A DNA stretch of 64,000 nucleotides from Myxococcota bacterium (GTDB lineage: Bacteria > Myxococcota > JAJVIH01): positions 27,868 to 91,867 of the forward strand of contig JAJVIH010000018.1 of the NCBI GenBank assembly GCA_022072125.1. The letters run 5' to 3'. Numbering within the stretch: the stretch's first letter is position 1; the number at the start of each line of letters is the position of its first letter. The position numbers were made by a program, and so were the translations under genes. Shown piece by piece: positions 48,552 through 57,978 of the stretch. The notes below the pieces were generated by a model. That model did no database searches. It had not been told where the DNA came from and worked only from the letters and a program-made list of their open reading frames with translations.

Positions 48552-50095
48552 TCCTTGCGCCGCTGCACGGCGCGAACCAGGGCCTCGACCAATCCCTGGA
48601 GGGTGCTTGGATGGGCTTCGGCCGCCGGCTCAACCCCCAGTTCACGAAGGGTCTCGCTGGTGACCGGACCAATGGACACCGCCCGGATCGGCGCATCCTC
48701 GGGGTCATGACCCCGGCGCACAAGCAGGTCCATGAAATTGCGGGCCGTCGAGGAGGAGGTGAACAGCGCCCATGTGTGGGGATCATCCGCCGCCTGCTCA
48801 AAGGCGTCCAGATCAAACTCCGGCTCCACGTTCTGGTACAGCACCAGTTCGTGGACGTGATGGCCCGCCGCCTTCAGTCCTTCCGGAAGGGTGCGGCTCG
48901 CTTCCCGGGCCTGAAACAACCACAGATTGGCGGGGGATTGCAGCCGCCCGATCAATGCTTTCAACACCCCTTCGCCGCGGAAGTCCTCGCCGGGCAACAG
49001 GTCGGCGATCAGTCCCGTGTGTTCCTTGAGCGCGCGCGCGGTGGAGGGTCCCACCGCCGCGGTCAGGCAGCCCGCGAAGGCGCGAATATCCCTGCCCATG
49101 GCTTCCAGCAGTTCGGCGGTGCGGCGCGCGCCGTTGGGACTGGTCCACACCAGCACATCGCCGGGGCGGATGGCGTTCAGGGCCTGCTCCATGGCCTCGC
49201 GCGCGGGGATGGGCTGAATCTCGATGGCGGGCATGCGCAACACCTGGGCGCCCAGTTCCTCCACCATCCCCGCCAATTCGCTGGCCTGACCCGCCGCGCG
49301 GGTGATGATCACCCGCTGTCCAAACAATGGTTTGCCCGTGAACCAGTTCTCGAAACCCTCCACAGCCGCCACCGCGCCAATCACAATCATGGCGGGCGAG
49401 TCTATTCCGGCGCTTTCCATGCGCGCGGGAAGATCAGCGGCGGCGCACCGGAGTTGGCGTTGTCCGGGCTGGGTTCCCCGTTCCACGCAGGCCGCCGGAG
49501 TGGCGGGGTCCAGGCCGCCATCAATCAGTTCGCGCACGATATCGCCGCAGCGGGACACCCCCATGTACACGCACAATGTCGCCCGCAGCCGGGCCAACAG
49601 CCGCCAGTCCACCGCGCTGTCCTGCTTGGCGGGGTCTTCATGTCCGGTGACAAAGACCACCATCGAAGTCAGGTTGCGGTGGGTCACCGGAATGCCCGCG
49701 TACGCCGGGGCGGCCGCTCCGGAGGTGACCCCGGGAACCACCTCGCAATGCAGGCCCGCCGCGGTCAGGGCGATCATCTCCTCGCCGCCGCGCCCGAAGA
49801 CGAAAGGATCGCCGCCCTTGAGCCGCACCACGATCCGGTTGGTGCGCCCGTACTCGATCAACATGTCCGTGATGTCGTCCTGACCGGTTTTGAAGCGGCC
49901 CGCCGACTTGCCGGCGAAAACGCGGTCGCATTCCGGGGGCAGCAAATCCAGCAGCGCGGGGTGGACCAGGTGATCGTAGATGCAGACTTCCGCCGCGCCC
50001 AGCAGTTGCGCGCCGCGCAGGGTGATGAGGCCGGGATCGCCGGGCCCGGCCCCGACCAGGTATACCCCCGGAACAAATTTGCGGCGTTCGTTCAT
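48548..50095 (-). CDS. cobA: Bifunctional uroporphyrinogen-III C-methyltransferase / uroporphyrinogen-III synthase (CobA-HemD fusion)
   Basis: N-terminal SAM-MTase motifs [18 protein letters not shown]...[17 protein letters not shown]-terminal HemD-like half. Start moved to MNERRKF (GGAAG RBS); the upstream 83 codons are Arg/Ser-rich noncoding. Confidence 0.8.
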   Translation of the reverse strand: MNERRKFVPGVYLVGAGPGDPGLITLRGAQLLGAAEVCIYDHLVHPALLDLLPPECDRVFAGKSAGRFKTGQDDITDMLIEYGRTNRIVVRLKGGDPFVFGRGGEEMIALTAAGLHCEVVPGVTSGAAAPAYAGIPVTHRNLTSMVVFVTGHEDPAKQDSAVDWRLLARLRATLCVYMGVSRCGDIVRELIDGGLDPATPAACVERGTQPGQRQLRCAAADLPARMESAGIDSPAMIVIGAVAAVEGFENWFTGKPLFGQRVIITRAAGQASELAGMVEELGAQVLRMPAIEIQPIPAREAMEQALNAIRPGDVLVWTSPNGARRTAELLEAMGRDIRAFAGCLTAAVGPSTARALKEHTGLIADLLPGEDFRGEGVLKALIGRLQSPANLWLFQAREASRTLPEGLKAAGHHVHELVLYQNVEPEFDLDAFEQAADDPHTWALFTSSSTARNFMDLLVRRGHDPEDAPIRAVSIGPVTSETLRELGVEPAAEAHPSTLQGLVEALVRAVQRRKE

Positions 50096-50216
50096 CTTCC
50101 GCGCACTATGCCGGAGCGGGGGCTTCTTGCAAGCGGACGCGCGGCGCGTTAATCGGCGGGGCGGGCAAGCCCTTGGGCGTGAACCGCCAGGAACAGCCCG
50201 TTCACAGGAAACCAGC

Positions 50217-51506
50217 ATGTCATTTCCCCCCGTCGAAGAACAGATGGAGTTGCTGCTGCGCGGAACCACCCATGTGCAGGTGGAGCAGGAACTGTGCGAG
50301 CGCCTGAAGGAAAGCCGCGAACAGAACCGTCCCCTGCGCGTCAAGGCCGGGTTTGATCCGACCGCGCCGGATTTGCACGTGGGCCATGTGGTCCTGCTCC
50401 AGAAGATGCGCCAGTTCCAGGACCTGGGTCATCAGGTGATTTTCCTGATCGGCGATTTCACCGGGCGTATCGGCGACCCGACCGGCCGCTCGGAAACCCG
50501 CCGCCAGCTTACGGAAGAGGAGGTCGCCGCCAACGCCGAAACCTACCGCCAGCAGGTGTTCAAGGTGCTGGACCCCGCCCGCACCACCGTGGATTTCAAC
50601 TCCCGGTGGATGAACGCCATGAAGCCGCCGGAAATGGTGCGGCTGGCCGCCTGTTACAGCGTGGCGCGCATGCTGGAGCGCGACGATTTCAAGAAACGCT
50701 TCCGGGATGGGCAGTCCATCAGCATCCATGAGTTTCTCTATCCGCTGGTGCAGGCCTACGATTCGGTGGCGCTTCAGGCGGACGTGGAATTGGGCGGCAA
50801 TGACCAGCTTTTCAACCTGCTGATGGGCCGGACCGTGCAGAAGGAATACGGACAGCGCCCGCAGATTGTCCTCACCACGCCGCTGCTCATCGGCACCGGC
50901 GGGCGGATGGCGGATGGAGTGATCACCGGCGACAAGATGAGCAAATCGCTCGGCAATTACATCGGAATCAACGAAGAACCCGATCAGATCTTCGGCAAGA
51001 CCATGTCCATCTCCGATGAACTGATGTGGGAGTATTTTGTCCTGCTGTCCCGCCGCTCGCTGGCGGAGATCGAAGAGATGAAGCAGTCGGTTGCACGGGG
51101 GGCCAATCCGCGCGACTTCAAGGCGGCGCTGGCCGGGGAGTTGGTCTCCCGCTTCCATGGGGAAGCGGCGGGCAAGGCCGCCCGGGAACGGTTCGACAAT
51201 CTGTTCCGCCAGAAACAGGCGCCCAGCGACATGCCCGTGGTGCGCGCCGCCGCCACGCCGGACGGCGTGCTGCTGGCCCGCCTGCTCAAGGACGCCGGAC
51301 TGACGGAATCCGCCGGGGAGGCGCGCCGCATGTTCCAGCAGGGCGCCGTGCGCATCAATGGCGAGAAGGCGGCGAATGAAAACCTGCGGCTGGCGCCGGG
51401 CGAATACGTGGTGCAGGTGGGCAAGCGCCGGTGGGCCAAAATCGTGGTGGAGCAGGATCCACCAGAGTCCCGCGCCGCGCCGGGAAGAGAGCCGCCGGAT
51501 GGTTGA
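50217..51506 (+). CDS. tyrS: Tyrosyl-tRNA synthetase (short bacterial form with S4 domain)
   Basis: HIGH (DLHVGH) and KMSKS motifs. C-terminal S4-like [14 protein letters not shown]. Start at MSFPPVEE. Confidence 0.85.
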   Translation: MSFPPVEEQMELLLRGTTHVQVEQELCERLKESREQNRPLRVKAGFDPTAPDLHVGHVVLLQKMRQFQDLGHQVIFLIGDFTGRIGDPTGRSETRRQLTEEEVAANAETYRQQVFKVLDPARTTVDFNSRWMNAMKPPEMVRLAACYSVARMLERDDFKKRFRDGQSISIHEFLYPLVQAYDSVALQADVELGGNDQLFNLLMGRTVQKEYGQRPQIVLTTPLLIGTGGRMADGVITGDKMSKSLGNYIGINEEPDQIFGKTMSISDELMWEYFVLLSRRSLAEIEEMKQSVARGANPRDFKAALAGELVSRFHGEAAGKAARERFDNLFRQKQAPSDMPVVRAAATPDGVLLARLLKDAGLTESAGEARRMFQQGAVRINGEKAANENLRLAPGEYVVQVGKRRWAKIVVEQDPPESRAAPGREPPDG

Positions 51507-51626
51507 GCCTTCGCGCCGTTTACATTGAACCGGGGGACCGATGTTGATACGATCCGGCCCTTGCCTGGCGGCGGGAGATCATTCCCGCGATCCGGGCCCC
51601 GCTGGCGCTTTAAGGAGATCATTTAT

Positions 51627-53567
51627 ATGAAGTTGACCGGTAAAATCCTGTATTTGACCGATGACCCGGCGTTGATCCAGCGGCAGTTGGAACCCGGAGC
51701 GCCCCAATTCCGTTATCGGGGCGAGCCCCTCGCCTTTGGCGTCAACACCGATGCGATGATCTCCGGACAGGCCTGCACCCTAGGCTATACTGGTGAAATT
51801 CTCGGACCTCATTTTTTAAGAAATTTCAAGGGCGTGGTGGATCTTGAAGCCATCAGAAAAGGCGGATTTGAAGTGATTGTGGGCGGCGACGCCTATGGCA
51901 CCGGCTCCAGCCGGGAAGTGGCGGTGGTCGCACACCAGGGGGCGGGGATCAAACTGGTGGCGGCGAAGAGCTTCCAACGCATTTTCCAGGAAAACATGGT
52001 TTATGGCGGCATGCCGTTCACCACGGATCTGTCCGTGCTCGATCGCCTGCTGGCCGGCGAGGACGTGGACCTGTCCGCCTTCACCCGCGAACTGCCGCCG
52101 TTTTTCCGTGCGGTGTCGCAATCCGGCGGGTTGCTGCCCTACGCCAACCGGCTGATCAGCGGAGAGGCGCGCCCGCCCGAATCGGCGCGTGCGGCCAGGC
52201 GTCCGCTCAACATCACGGAGAAAATCGTGGCGCGAAACGCGCTGGCGGGATCGCTGCCAGAGAACGCCTTTGGCCTCGACTCCGTTCGCCCGGGCGATCA
52301 GGTGCTGGCGCGTACGGATTTCCGCGGCGTCCACGAATATACGGGCGGCATGGTGGTCGCGCTCTATGAAGAGGCCTTCGGCAAGGCGCCGGTGAGCAAT
52401 CCGTCCAGCGTGGCGGCGTTTGAAGACCATTTCGTCCTGCTGGACCACGGAGCGGTGCCGGAGGATGTCCGCGCCTCCCGCCTGAAACCGGCCATGGATC
52501 TGACGAAGGAGATGCTGGAAGGCTGCGCGCGCATGGGCGTGAAGGTTCATGGCCCGCACCGCGATCTGCCTCCGGGGGTTTGCCACCGCCTGGTGGTCGA
52601 ACGCTACGCCCTGCCCGGAACGATCAACGTGCTGACCGACAGCCATACCCCGACAGCGGGCGTGCTCAACTGCCTGGCGTTCGGCGTGGGCTCGACCGCC
52701 ATGGCCTTCGCCATGCGCACCGGACTGATTCCGGTGACCGTGCCGAAAACCGTGCGCATCAACGTCACCGGGCGCGCGGGCAGCGTGGTGTCGCCCAAGG
52801 ATTTGATCCTGCACATCATCGGCGACCCCTACTTCCGCGAGGAACACTGGCGGGAGTCGCCCACCGATACCTGCGTGATCGAACTGGGCGGCCCGGGCTT
52901 GGAGCAATGGAACGTGGACGAGTTGTCGGTGCTGACCAACATGACGGTGGAAGGCGGGCTGATGACCGGCGTGGTCGAACCCTGCGCCCCCATCATCAGT
53001 TTCCTCAAGACCCAGCGCGGCCTGAGCGAGGAGCGGCTGGCGCCCCTGCTGGTCCGCCCGGACCCCGGCGCGGAATACGCCAGGGTCTGGAACCTGGACC
53101 TGGGCGAGGTGCCGGTGACCGTGGCCAGCCCCGGCGACTCCCGCAACCGGGTGGCGCTCGACAAGGCAGGAGACACGCCGGTGCATAATGTCGTGATCGC
53201 CTCCTGCACGGGGGGCTCGCTCGCCGACCTGCGCGCGGCCTTCCAGGTGCTGCGCGGACGAAAAATGGCTCCCACGGTGCGCATGACGGTGACGCCCTCC
53301 AGCCACGACGTGGCGATGGCGGCCGAGAAGGAAGGCATTCTGGAGTTTTTCCGCACGCTGGGCGCGGTGGTCACCGAACCGGGCTGCGGTTCGTGCATTG
53401 GCAACGGGCCGGGCATTCCCCGTCCTGGCGAGATCACCGCCAGCACCACCAACCGGAATTTTGACCGGCGCATGGGCGCTCCGGGCGATGTCTGGCTGGT
53501 CAGTCCGGCCGTGGCCGCCGCCAGCGCCATCACCGGACGGCTCACCGACCCGCGCTCGCTGGACTGA
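51627..53567 (+). CDS. Aconitase-superfamily hydratase with permuted domain order: LeuD-like swivel domain N-terminal to LeuC-like catalytic domains
   Basis: N-terminus GGFEVIVGGDAYGTGSSREVAVVAHQGAGIKLVAAKSFQRIF resembles LeuD (GCGSSRE...AESFARIF). Downstream VLTDSHTPTAGVLNCLAFGVGSTAMAF and CGSCIGNG resemble LeuC Fe-S ligand regions. AGGAG RBS 9 nt upstream of the ATG. Confidence 0.7.
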   Translation: MKLTGKILYLTDDPALIQRQLEPGAPQFRYRGEPLAFGVNTDAMISGQACTLGYTGEILGPHFLRNFKGVVDLEAIRKGGFEVIVGGDAYGTGSSREVAVVAHQGAGIKLVAAKSFQRIFQENMVYGGMPFTTDLSVLDRLLAGEDVDLSAFTRELPPFFRAVSQSGGLLPYANRLISGEARPPESARAARRPLNITEKIVARNALAGSLPENAFGLDSVRPGDQVLARTDFRGVHEYTGGMVVALYEEAFGKAPVSNPSSVAAFEDHFVLLDHGAVPEDVRASRLKPAMDLTKEMLEGCARMGVKVHGPHRDLPPGVCHRLVVERYALPGTINVLTDSHTPTAGVLNCLAFGVGSTAMAFAMRTGLIPVTVPKTVRINVTGRAGSVVSPKDLILHIIGDPYFREEHWRESPTDTCVIELGGPGLEQWNVDELSVLTNMTVEGGLMTGVVEPCAPIISFLKTQRGLSEERLAPLLVRPDPGAEYARVWNLDLGEVPVTVASPGDSRNRVALDKAGDTPVHNVVIASCTGGSLADLRAAFQVLRGRKMAPTVRMTVTPSSHDVAMAAEKEGILEFFRTLGAVVTEPGCGSCIGNGPGIPRPGEITASTTNRNFDRRMGAPGDVWLVSPAVAAASAITGRLTDPRSLD

Positions 53568-53608
53568 AAGCCGCACGCGGGAATTTCTTTCAACCCGGAT
53601 CGTGTTCA

Positions 53609-54076
53609 GTGACCTTGTATCCGCCAATCCAGCCATCCGCTTTCCGGCGCCGCGCTGCCGCCATCGGGGTTGCGATGGCCGTGGCGGTGCTGTCTGGCTG
53701 CGTGGACACGGAATCGCCGGTCATTGTGGAAACCACCCGGCTCACCGACACCTCCGACACGGTGGGTCCCTATGAGGTGCTGGCCAGCGTCCGGGACGAT
53801 CGCGGAATCCTGGAAGTCAACCTGTGGTGGGGGCCGGCCAGCGCGCCCCAGACCGGACAAGCCTTCACGAAAACCCCAATGTCCCAGGTGGCGGAAGGAA
53901 AATACCGGGGGTTAATCCCTTCGTCCGCGGACGGCGCCGCCGGTTTTCCGCCCGGCAGCACCATCCGCTATTTCGTGGAAGCGGTGGACAACGACAACAA
54001 CCGCACCCGCGATCCGCCAGAAGGCGCGTTCGCCTTCCGGGTATTGCCACCTCCCAACAAAGCTGTTAATCCGTGA
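53609..54076 (+). CDS. Hypothetical lipoprotein
   Basis: AIGVAMAVAVLSGCVDTE lipobox. No other motifs. Confidence 0.45.
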   Translation: MTLYPPIQPSAFRRRAAAIGVAMAVAVLSGCVDTESPVIVETTRLTDTSDTVGPYEVLASVRDDRGILEVNLWWGPASAPQTGQAFTKTPMSQVAEGKYRGLIPSSADGAAGFPPGSTIRYFVEAVDNDNNRTRDPPEGAFAFRVLPPPNKAVNP

Positions 54077-54115
54077 CGCTTTTCACGCGGCCGCGGGGGC
54101 CGGGAACAGACTGAC

Positions 54116-55183
54116 ATGGCGCAGAACAATGACGGCGCTCCACTGACCTACCGGTCGGCGGGGGTGGATATCCACAAGGGCGACGAGGTGGCGGACGCCG
54201 CCGGACGCCTGGCCCGATCCACGCTCACGCCCTGGGTGGTGTCTGGCGTGGGCGGATTCGCGGGTCTGTTCCGCTTTGATCCCGCCCGGTATCCCGAACC
54301 GGTGATGGCCGCCTGCACCGATGGCGTGGGCACCAAGCTGCTGGTGGCGCTGGCGGCGGGCCGGCACGACACCATTGGCGTTGATCTCGTGGCCATGAAT
54401 GTCAACGACCTGATCGTGTGCGGCGCCGAGCCTCTGGCCTTTCTCGATTATTTCGCCACCGGCGGCCTGGACGCCGCGCAGGCGGAGGCGGTGCTGACCG
54501 GTATCGCCGGGGGTTGCCGCCAGGCGGGCTGCGCGCTGATCGGCGGGGAAACAGCGGAAATGCCGGGCATGTATCCGCCGGGAAAATATGATCTGGCGGG
54601 TTTCGCGGTGGGGGTGGTCAACCGGCCGGACATCATCAATGGGTCCAGGGTTTCCGCCGGAGACACCATCATCGGGCTGCCCTCCAGCGGCCTGCATTCC
54701 AACGGTTATTCACTGGCGCGCAAAATCGTGTTTGAACGCCTGGGCCTGCAGGCCGGCTCCATTTGGTTTGACGGCAAGACCGCTGGCGAACTGCTGCTTG
54801 CCCCCACCCGCATTTACGTGCGCACGGTGCTGGAGCTGATCCGCAAGGTCCCCGTCCACGCCATGGCCCATATCACTGGCGGCGGATTGCCGGGCAACCT
54901 GATCCGCGCCTTTCCCCAAGGCTTGTCCGCAAGGGTTCGCCGCGGCGCCTGGCGTCCGCCGGAGATATTCCTTCGCCTGCAAGAGGCGGGATCGGTCCCT
55001 GCACCGGACCTGTGGGATACCTTCAACATGGGCATCGGATACTGCTTCGTGGTTCCCGCCGCCGCCGCGGACGCCGCAATCTCCGCCCTGTCCGGGCTGG
55101 GCGAGCAACCCATTCTGATTGGCGAGGTATTCGCCAGCCCGGGCGAGCCCCGGGTGGAGTTTGATCCGCCGCTGGGTCCATGA
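54116..55183 (+). CDS. purM: Phosphoribosylformylglycinamidine cyclo-ligase (AIR synthetase)
   Basis: LTYRSAGVDIHKGDE..., GGFAGLF, DGVGTKL, NVNDLIVCGAEPLAFLDY. Co-linear with PurM. Confidence 0.9.
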   Translation: MAQNNDGAPLTYRSAGVDIHKGDEVADAAGRLARSTLTPWVVSGVGGFAGLFRFDPARYPEPVMAACTDGVGTKLLVALAAGRHDTIGVDLVAMNVNDLIVCGAEPLAFLDYFATGGLDAAQAEAVLTGIAGGCRQAGCALIGGETAEMPGMYPPGKYDLAGFAVGVVNRPDIINGSRVSAGDTIIGLPSSGLHSNGYSLARKIVFERLGLQAGSIWFDGKTAGELLLAPTRIYVRTVLELIRKVPVHAMAHITGGGLPGNLIRAFPQGLSARVRRGAWRPPEIFLRLQEAGSVPAPDLWDTFNMGIGYCFVVPAAAADAAISALSGLGEQPILIGEVFASPGEPRVEFDPPLGP

Positions 55184-56103
55184 ATCCGTCGCGGTCCAGC
55201 AGATCAGGGGAACGGGGATGGGGCGGTCTGATGCGCCTGTGGCCGTGGCCCATTGGGCTGGTCCTTCTGTATTATACGATTCTCTACCGCCCCGGTTCGC
55301 TGGAATGGGAGCGCGTGCTGAACGATCTGGCGCCGGAAGTGCAGGCCGGAGACCTGGTGATTACCGCGCCGGTGCAATCCTTCCGCTCGATTGTCAATGT
55401 GCCCGATCTGCCGCTGATGGCCCCCATCCATGGCCAGTATTTCGACACCCGCGGCCTGCGGAAAATCTGGCAGGTGTCGGACCGCGGGGTCACTCCGGGG
55501 ATGATCCCCAATTCCATCAACCCGGCGGGACATGGGGGGTGGATGGTGACCGCGCATCCCTACGAAGGCAGGCGGGTCCGCGAACAGGGAAATCTGGTCA
55601 TCACGGAATTTGAGCCGCCCAAACACCGCCTGGGTGAACACCTGCGGGAACTCGTGGTGGAGGTGGAACAGTCCCCCGGCGGGCCCTGGAGCCAATGTCT
55701 GGAGTACAACGGCAAATACCATTGCGGGACGGCGCCCTGGCATTATGTGGGCGAGACGTTCATCCCCGTGCATGAACAGCAGACCCAATGCATCTGGGCG
55801 CATCCCTACGCGGGCCGGAACCTGCGGATCCGCCATCCGGAATGGCCCCTGAGCAAGCGGTTTTTCCTGTATACGATGTTCGGCGATCCGGCGACGCGCG
55901 GCGATATCGCCGCGCCGGTCCGCCTCACCATCCGGGTGGGGAATTACATCCGGCGGGAAATCCTGCATCACCCTTTTCCGGGAACCCGCGTCCATGTGCT
56001 GGAGATGCCGGAAGAAGAAACCCCGGCGTCCGCTCCGCTGATCATTGACGTATTCAGCGAGCGCGAAGGCAAGGCGCATTTCTGCTTCGCGCTGGAGAAC
56101 TGA
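55180..56103 (+). CDS. Hypothetical membrane-anchored protein (N-terminal TM, Cys/His-containing soluble domain)
   Basis: Probable start at MRLWPWPIGLVLLYYTIL (nt 55231). Overlaps the purM stop and the downstream GT-C gene, suggesting an operon. Confidence 0.45.
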   Translation: MNPSRSSRSGERGWGGLMRLWPWPIGLVLLYYTILYRPGSLEWERVLNDLAPEVQAGDLVITAPVQSFRSIVNVPDLPLMAPIHGQYFDTRGLRKIWQVSDRGVTPGMIPNSINPAGHGGWMVTAHPYEGRRVREQGNLVITEFEPPKHRLGEHLRELVVEVEQSPGGPWSQCLEYNGKYHCGTAPWHYVGETFIPVHEQQTQCIWAHPYAGRNLRIRHPEWPLSKRFFLYTMFGDPATRGDIAAPVRLTIRVGNYIRREILHHPFPGTRVHVLEMPEEETPASAPLIIDVFSEREGKAHFCFALEN

Positions 56104-57901
56104 ATTGCGCGCGCGCGGACTGGAAATCCTGCTGATCAGCGGACTGATATTCGCCTACGGGTGGTTTCATCCGTTTTTCCCCATATCCGCCAATCCCAAC
56201 GAGATCACCCGCTTTTACATGACCCGCGCCCTGGTCCAGCGCGGCGAACTGAAGATTGACGAGGAATTCGCCCGTTATGGCGTGTCGCTGGATCGCTCCC
56301 GCTACAACGGCCATTACTACAGTGACAAGGCGCCCGGGCTATCCCTGCTGTCGGTTCCGTTTTACTGGGCCTACGAACAGTGGCGCGGCAAGCCGGAAAC
56401 CTGGTCCATCCCCCCCTGGGAAGACGATGAACGCCTGGAGTTTTCCGCCCGCGCCTCGCTGAAGGAAGTGTCGCCCGCCATCCGCTTTCTCAAGTGGCCG
56501 GTGATTATCGTTCCTTCCATCCTGCTTTCGCTGATGGTGTTCGCCGCCCTCGCCGGACTGATTCAGTCGCGCGTGCTGGCGCTGTCCCTGACGCTGGCCT
56601 ACGGGCTGGGCACGGTGGCTTATTCCAACAGCCTCATCCTGTTCAGCCACCAACTCACGGCTGCGCTGCTGTTTGGCGCCTACCTGTGCCTGAGGCGGGG
56701 TCTGGATCGCGACAACCCCTGGTGGTTCGTCCCGGCGGGCGCCTGCGCGGGCATGACCCTGATGGTCGAATTTCCACCCGCGATTCCCATTTTCCTGATG
56801 GGCGTTTACGCCATCGCGGTGTTGAAGAAACGCTTCCTCCGCCTTCTGCCCTATCCGCTGTTCGCGGCGCCCTTCATCGCCGGGCTGCTCTATTACCACT
56901 ACCTGGCGTTCGATAACCCGTTCTCCACAGGCTACTCCCACTTGGAGGAGGAAACCTTCACCCAGGTCCACAATCAGGGACTGTTGGGCATCACCCTTCC
57001 AGATCACATCGCCTTCTTTGGCATGTTCTTCGCTCCCCAACGCGGCATCCTGGTGTTCAGCCCCATGCTGCTCTTCGCCATTCCGGGATTCGTGGAAATG
57101 AAACGGCGCCGGTCTGTTCATTTCTGGCCGGTGACGCTGGTGTCGCTGGCTTTCTTCTACATCGTCAGTTCCTACCCGGTCTGGCATGGCGGCGGATGTG
57201 TCGGCATGCGGCACCTGACTCCGCTGATGCCCTTCCTGATGATCCCCACGGCGCTGGGCGTCCAGCGCCTGGCGGGAAGATCCACCCCCTGGTGGGGACG
57301 CGCCGCCGGCGGATTCATGCTGGCCGGGTGCCTGCTGACCATTGTTTCCACCGTGCCATTCCCCCACGCGGCCCTGTTGTACCGGATTCCCTTCCGCGAT
57401 CTGGGCGGCGAACTCTGGAGGTTGGGCTTTTTGCCGCCCAGCGCCGTCTCCGCCATGGGCATGGATGGTTATTCATCCGGCCTCTGGTATCTGGCGGGCG
57501 CCGCTCTGTTGTGCCTGGCGATGTTGATCGCACTCACGCGCTGGATGAGCAGCCGGGAAACGGCGGGAAGCGTTCCTGAAAACGCCGGATGGATGGTCCT
57601 GATTGGTTCGCTGATCCTGCTGATCTGGTTTGTCTCCTTCCCGGATTTCCGCGCATATGATCGCTTCAACGACAGCCGGTTGATCATGCGGCAGTACCAT
57701 CCGCAGCACCGCAATGTGTACAGCCGCTTCAACTGGCCCCCCACGGATGCGGATCTGAAACAACCCGCGTACTGGAGGGCGCGCGGACGCGAACGCACCG
57801 CCGTGCTCGATAACGGCGGCGCGCTGGATTTTTTCACCCACGCCCGTCAACTCGTGGAAAGCCCCGCCACCGGAACACCCGCCTTCGCGCCCTCTCCGTA
57901 A
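56045..57901 (+). CDS. Polytopic membrane protein, probable GT-C fold glycosyltransferase (ArnT/PMT_2-like)
   Basis: About 12 TM helices. First periplasmic loop carries YYSDKAPGLS, reminiscent of the lipid-carrier-binding loop of ArnT/PMT-type enzymes. The real start may be the TTG at 56105, after the upstream gene's stop. Confidence 0.5.
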   Translation: MTYSASAKARRISASRWRTELRARGLEILLISGLIFAYGWFHPFFPISANPNEITRFYMTRALVQRGELKIDEEFARYGVSLDRSRYNGHYYSDKAPGLSLLSVPFYWAYEQWRGKPETWSIPPWEDDERLEFSARASLKEVSPAIRFLKWPVIIVPSILLSLMVFAALAGLIQSRVLALSLTLAYGLGTVAYSNSLILFSHQLTAALLFGAYLCLRRGLDRDNPWWFVPAGACAGMTLMVEFPPAIPIFLMGVYAIAVLKKRFLRLLPYPLFAAPFIAGLLYYHYLAFDNPFSTGYSHLEEETFTQVHNQGLLGITLPDHIAFFGMFFAPQRGILVFSPMLLFAIPGFVEMKRRRSVHFWPVTLVSLAFFYIVSSYPVWHGGGCVGMRHLTPLMPFLMIPTALGVQRLAGRSTPWWGRAAGGFMLAGCLLTIVSTVPFPHAALLYRIPFRDLGGELWRLGFLPPSAVSAMGMDGYSSGLWYLAGAALLCLAMLIALTRWMSSRETAGSVPENAGWMVLIGSLILLIWFVSFPDFRAYDRFNDSRLIMRQYHPQHRNVYSRFNWPPTDADLKQPAYWRARGRERTAVLDNGGALDFFTHARQLVESPATGTPAFAPSP

Positions 57902-57978
57902 ACATCACGGTTCTCACGACGCCCTGATTGAACGCCCCGCTCTTGCCACCCGGCGCGCCGCTCTGGCATGGTGATCCC

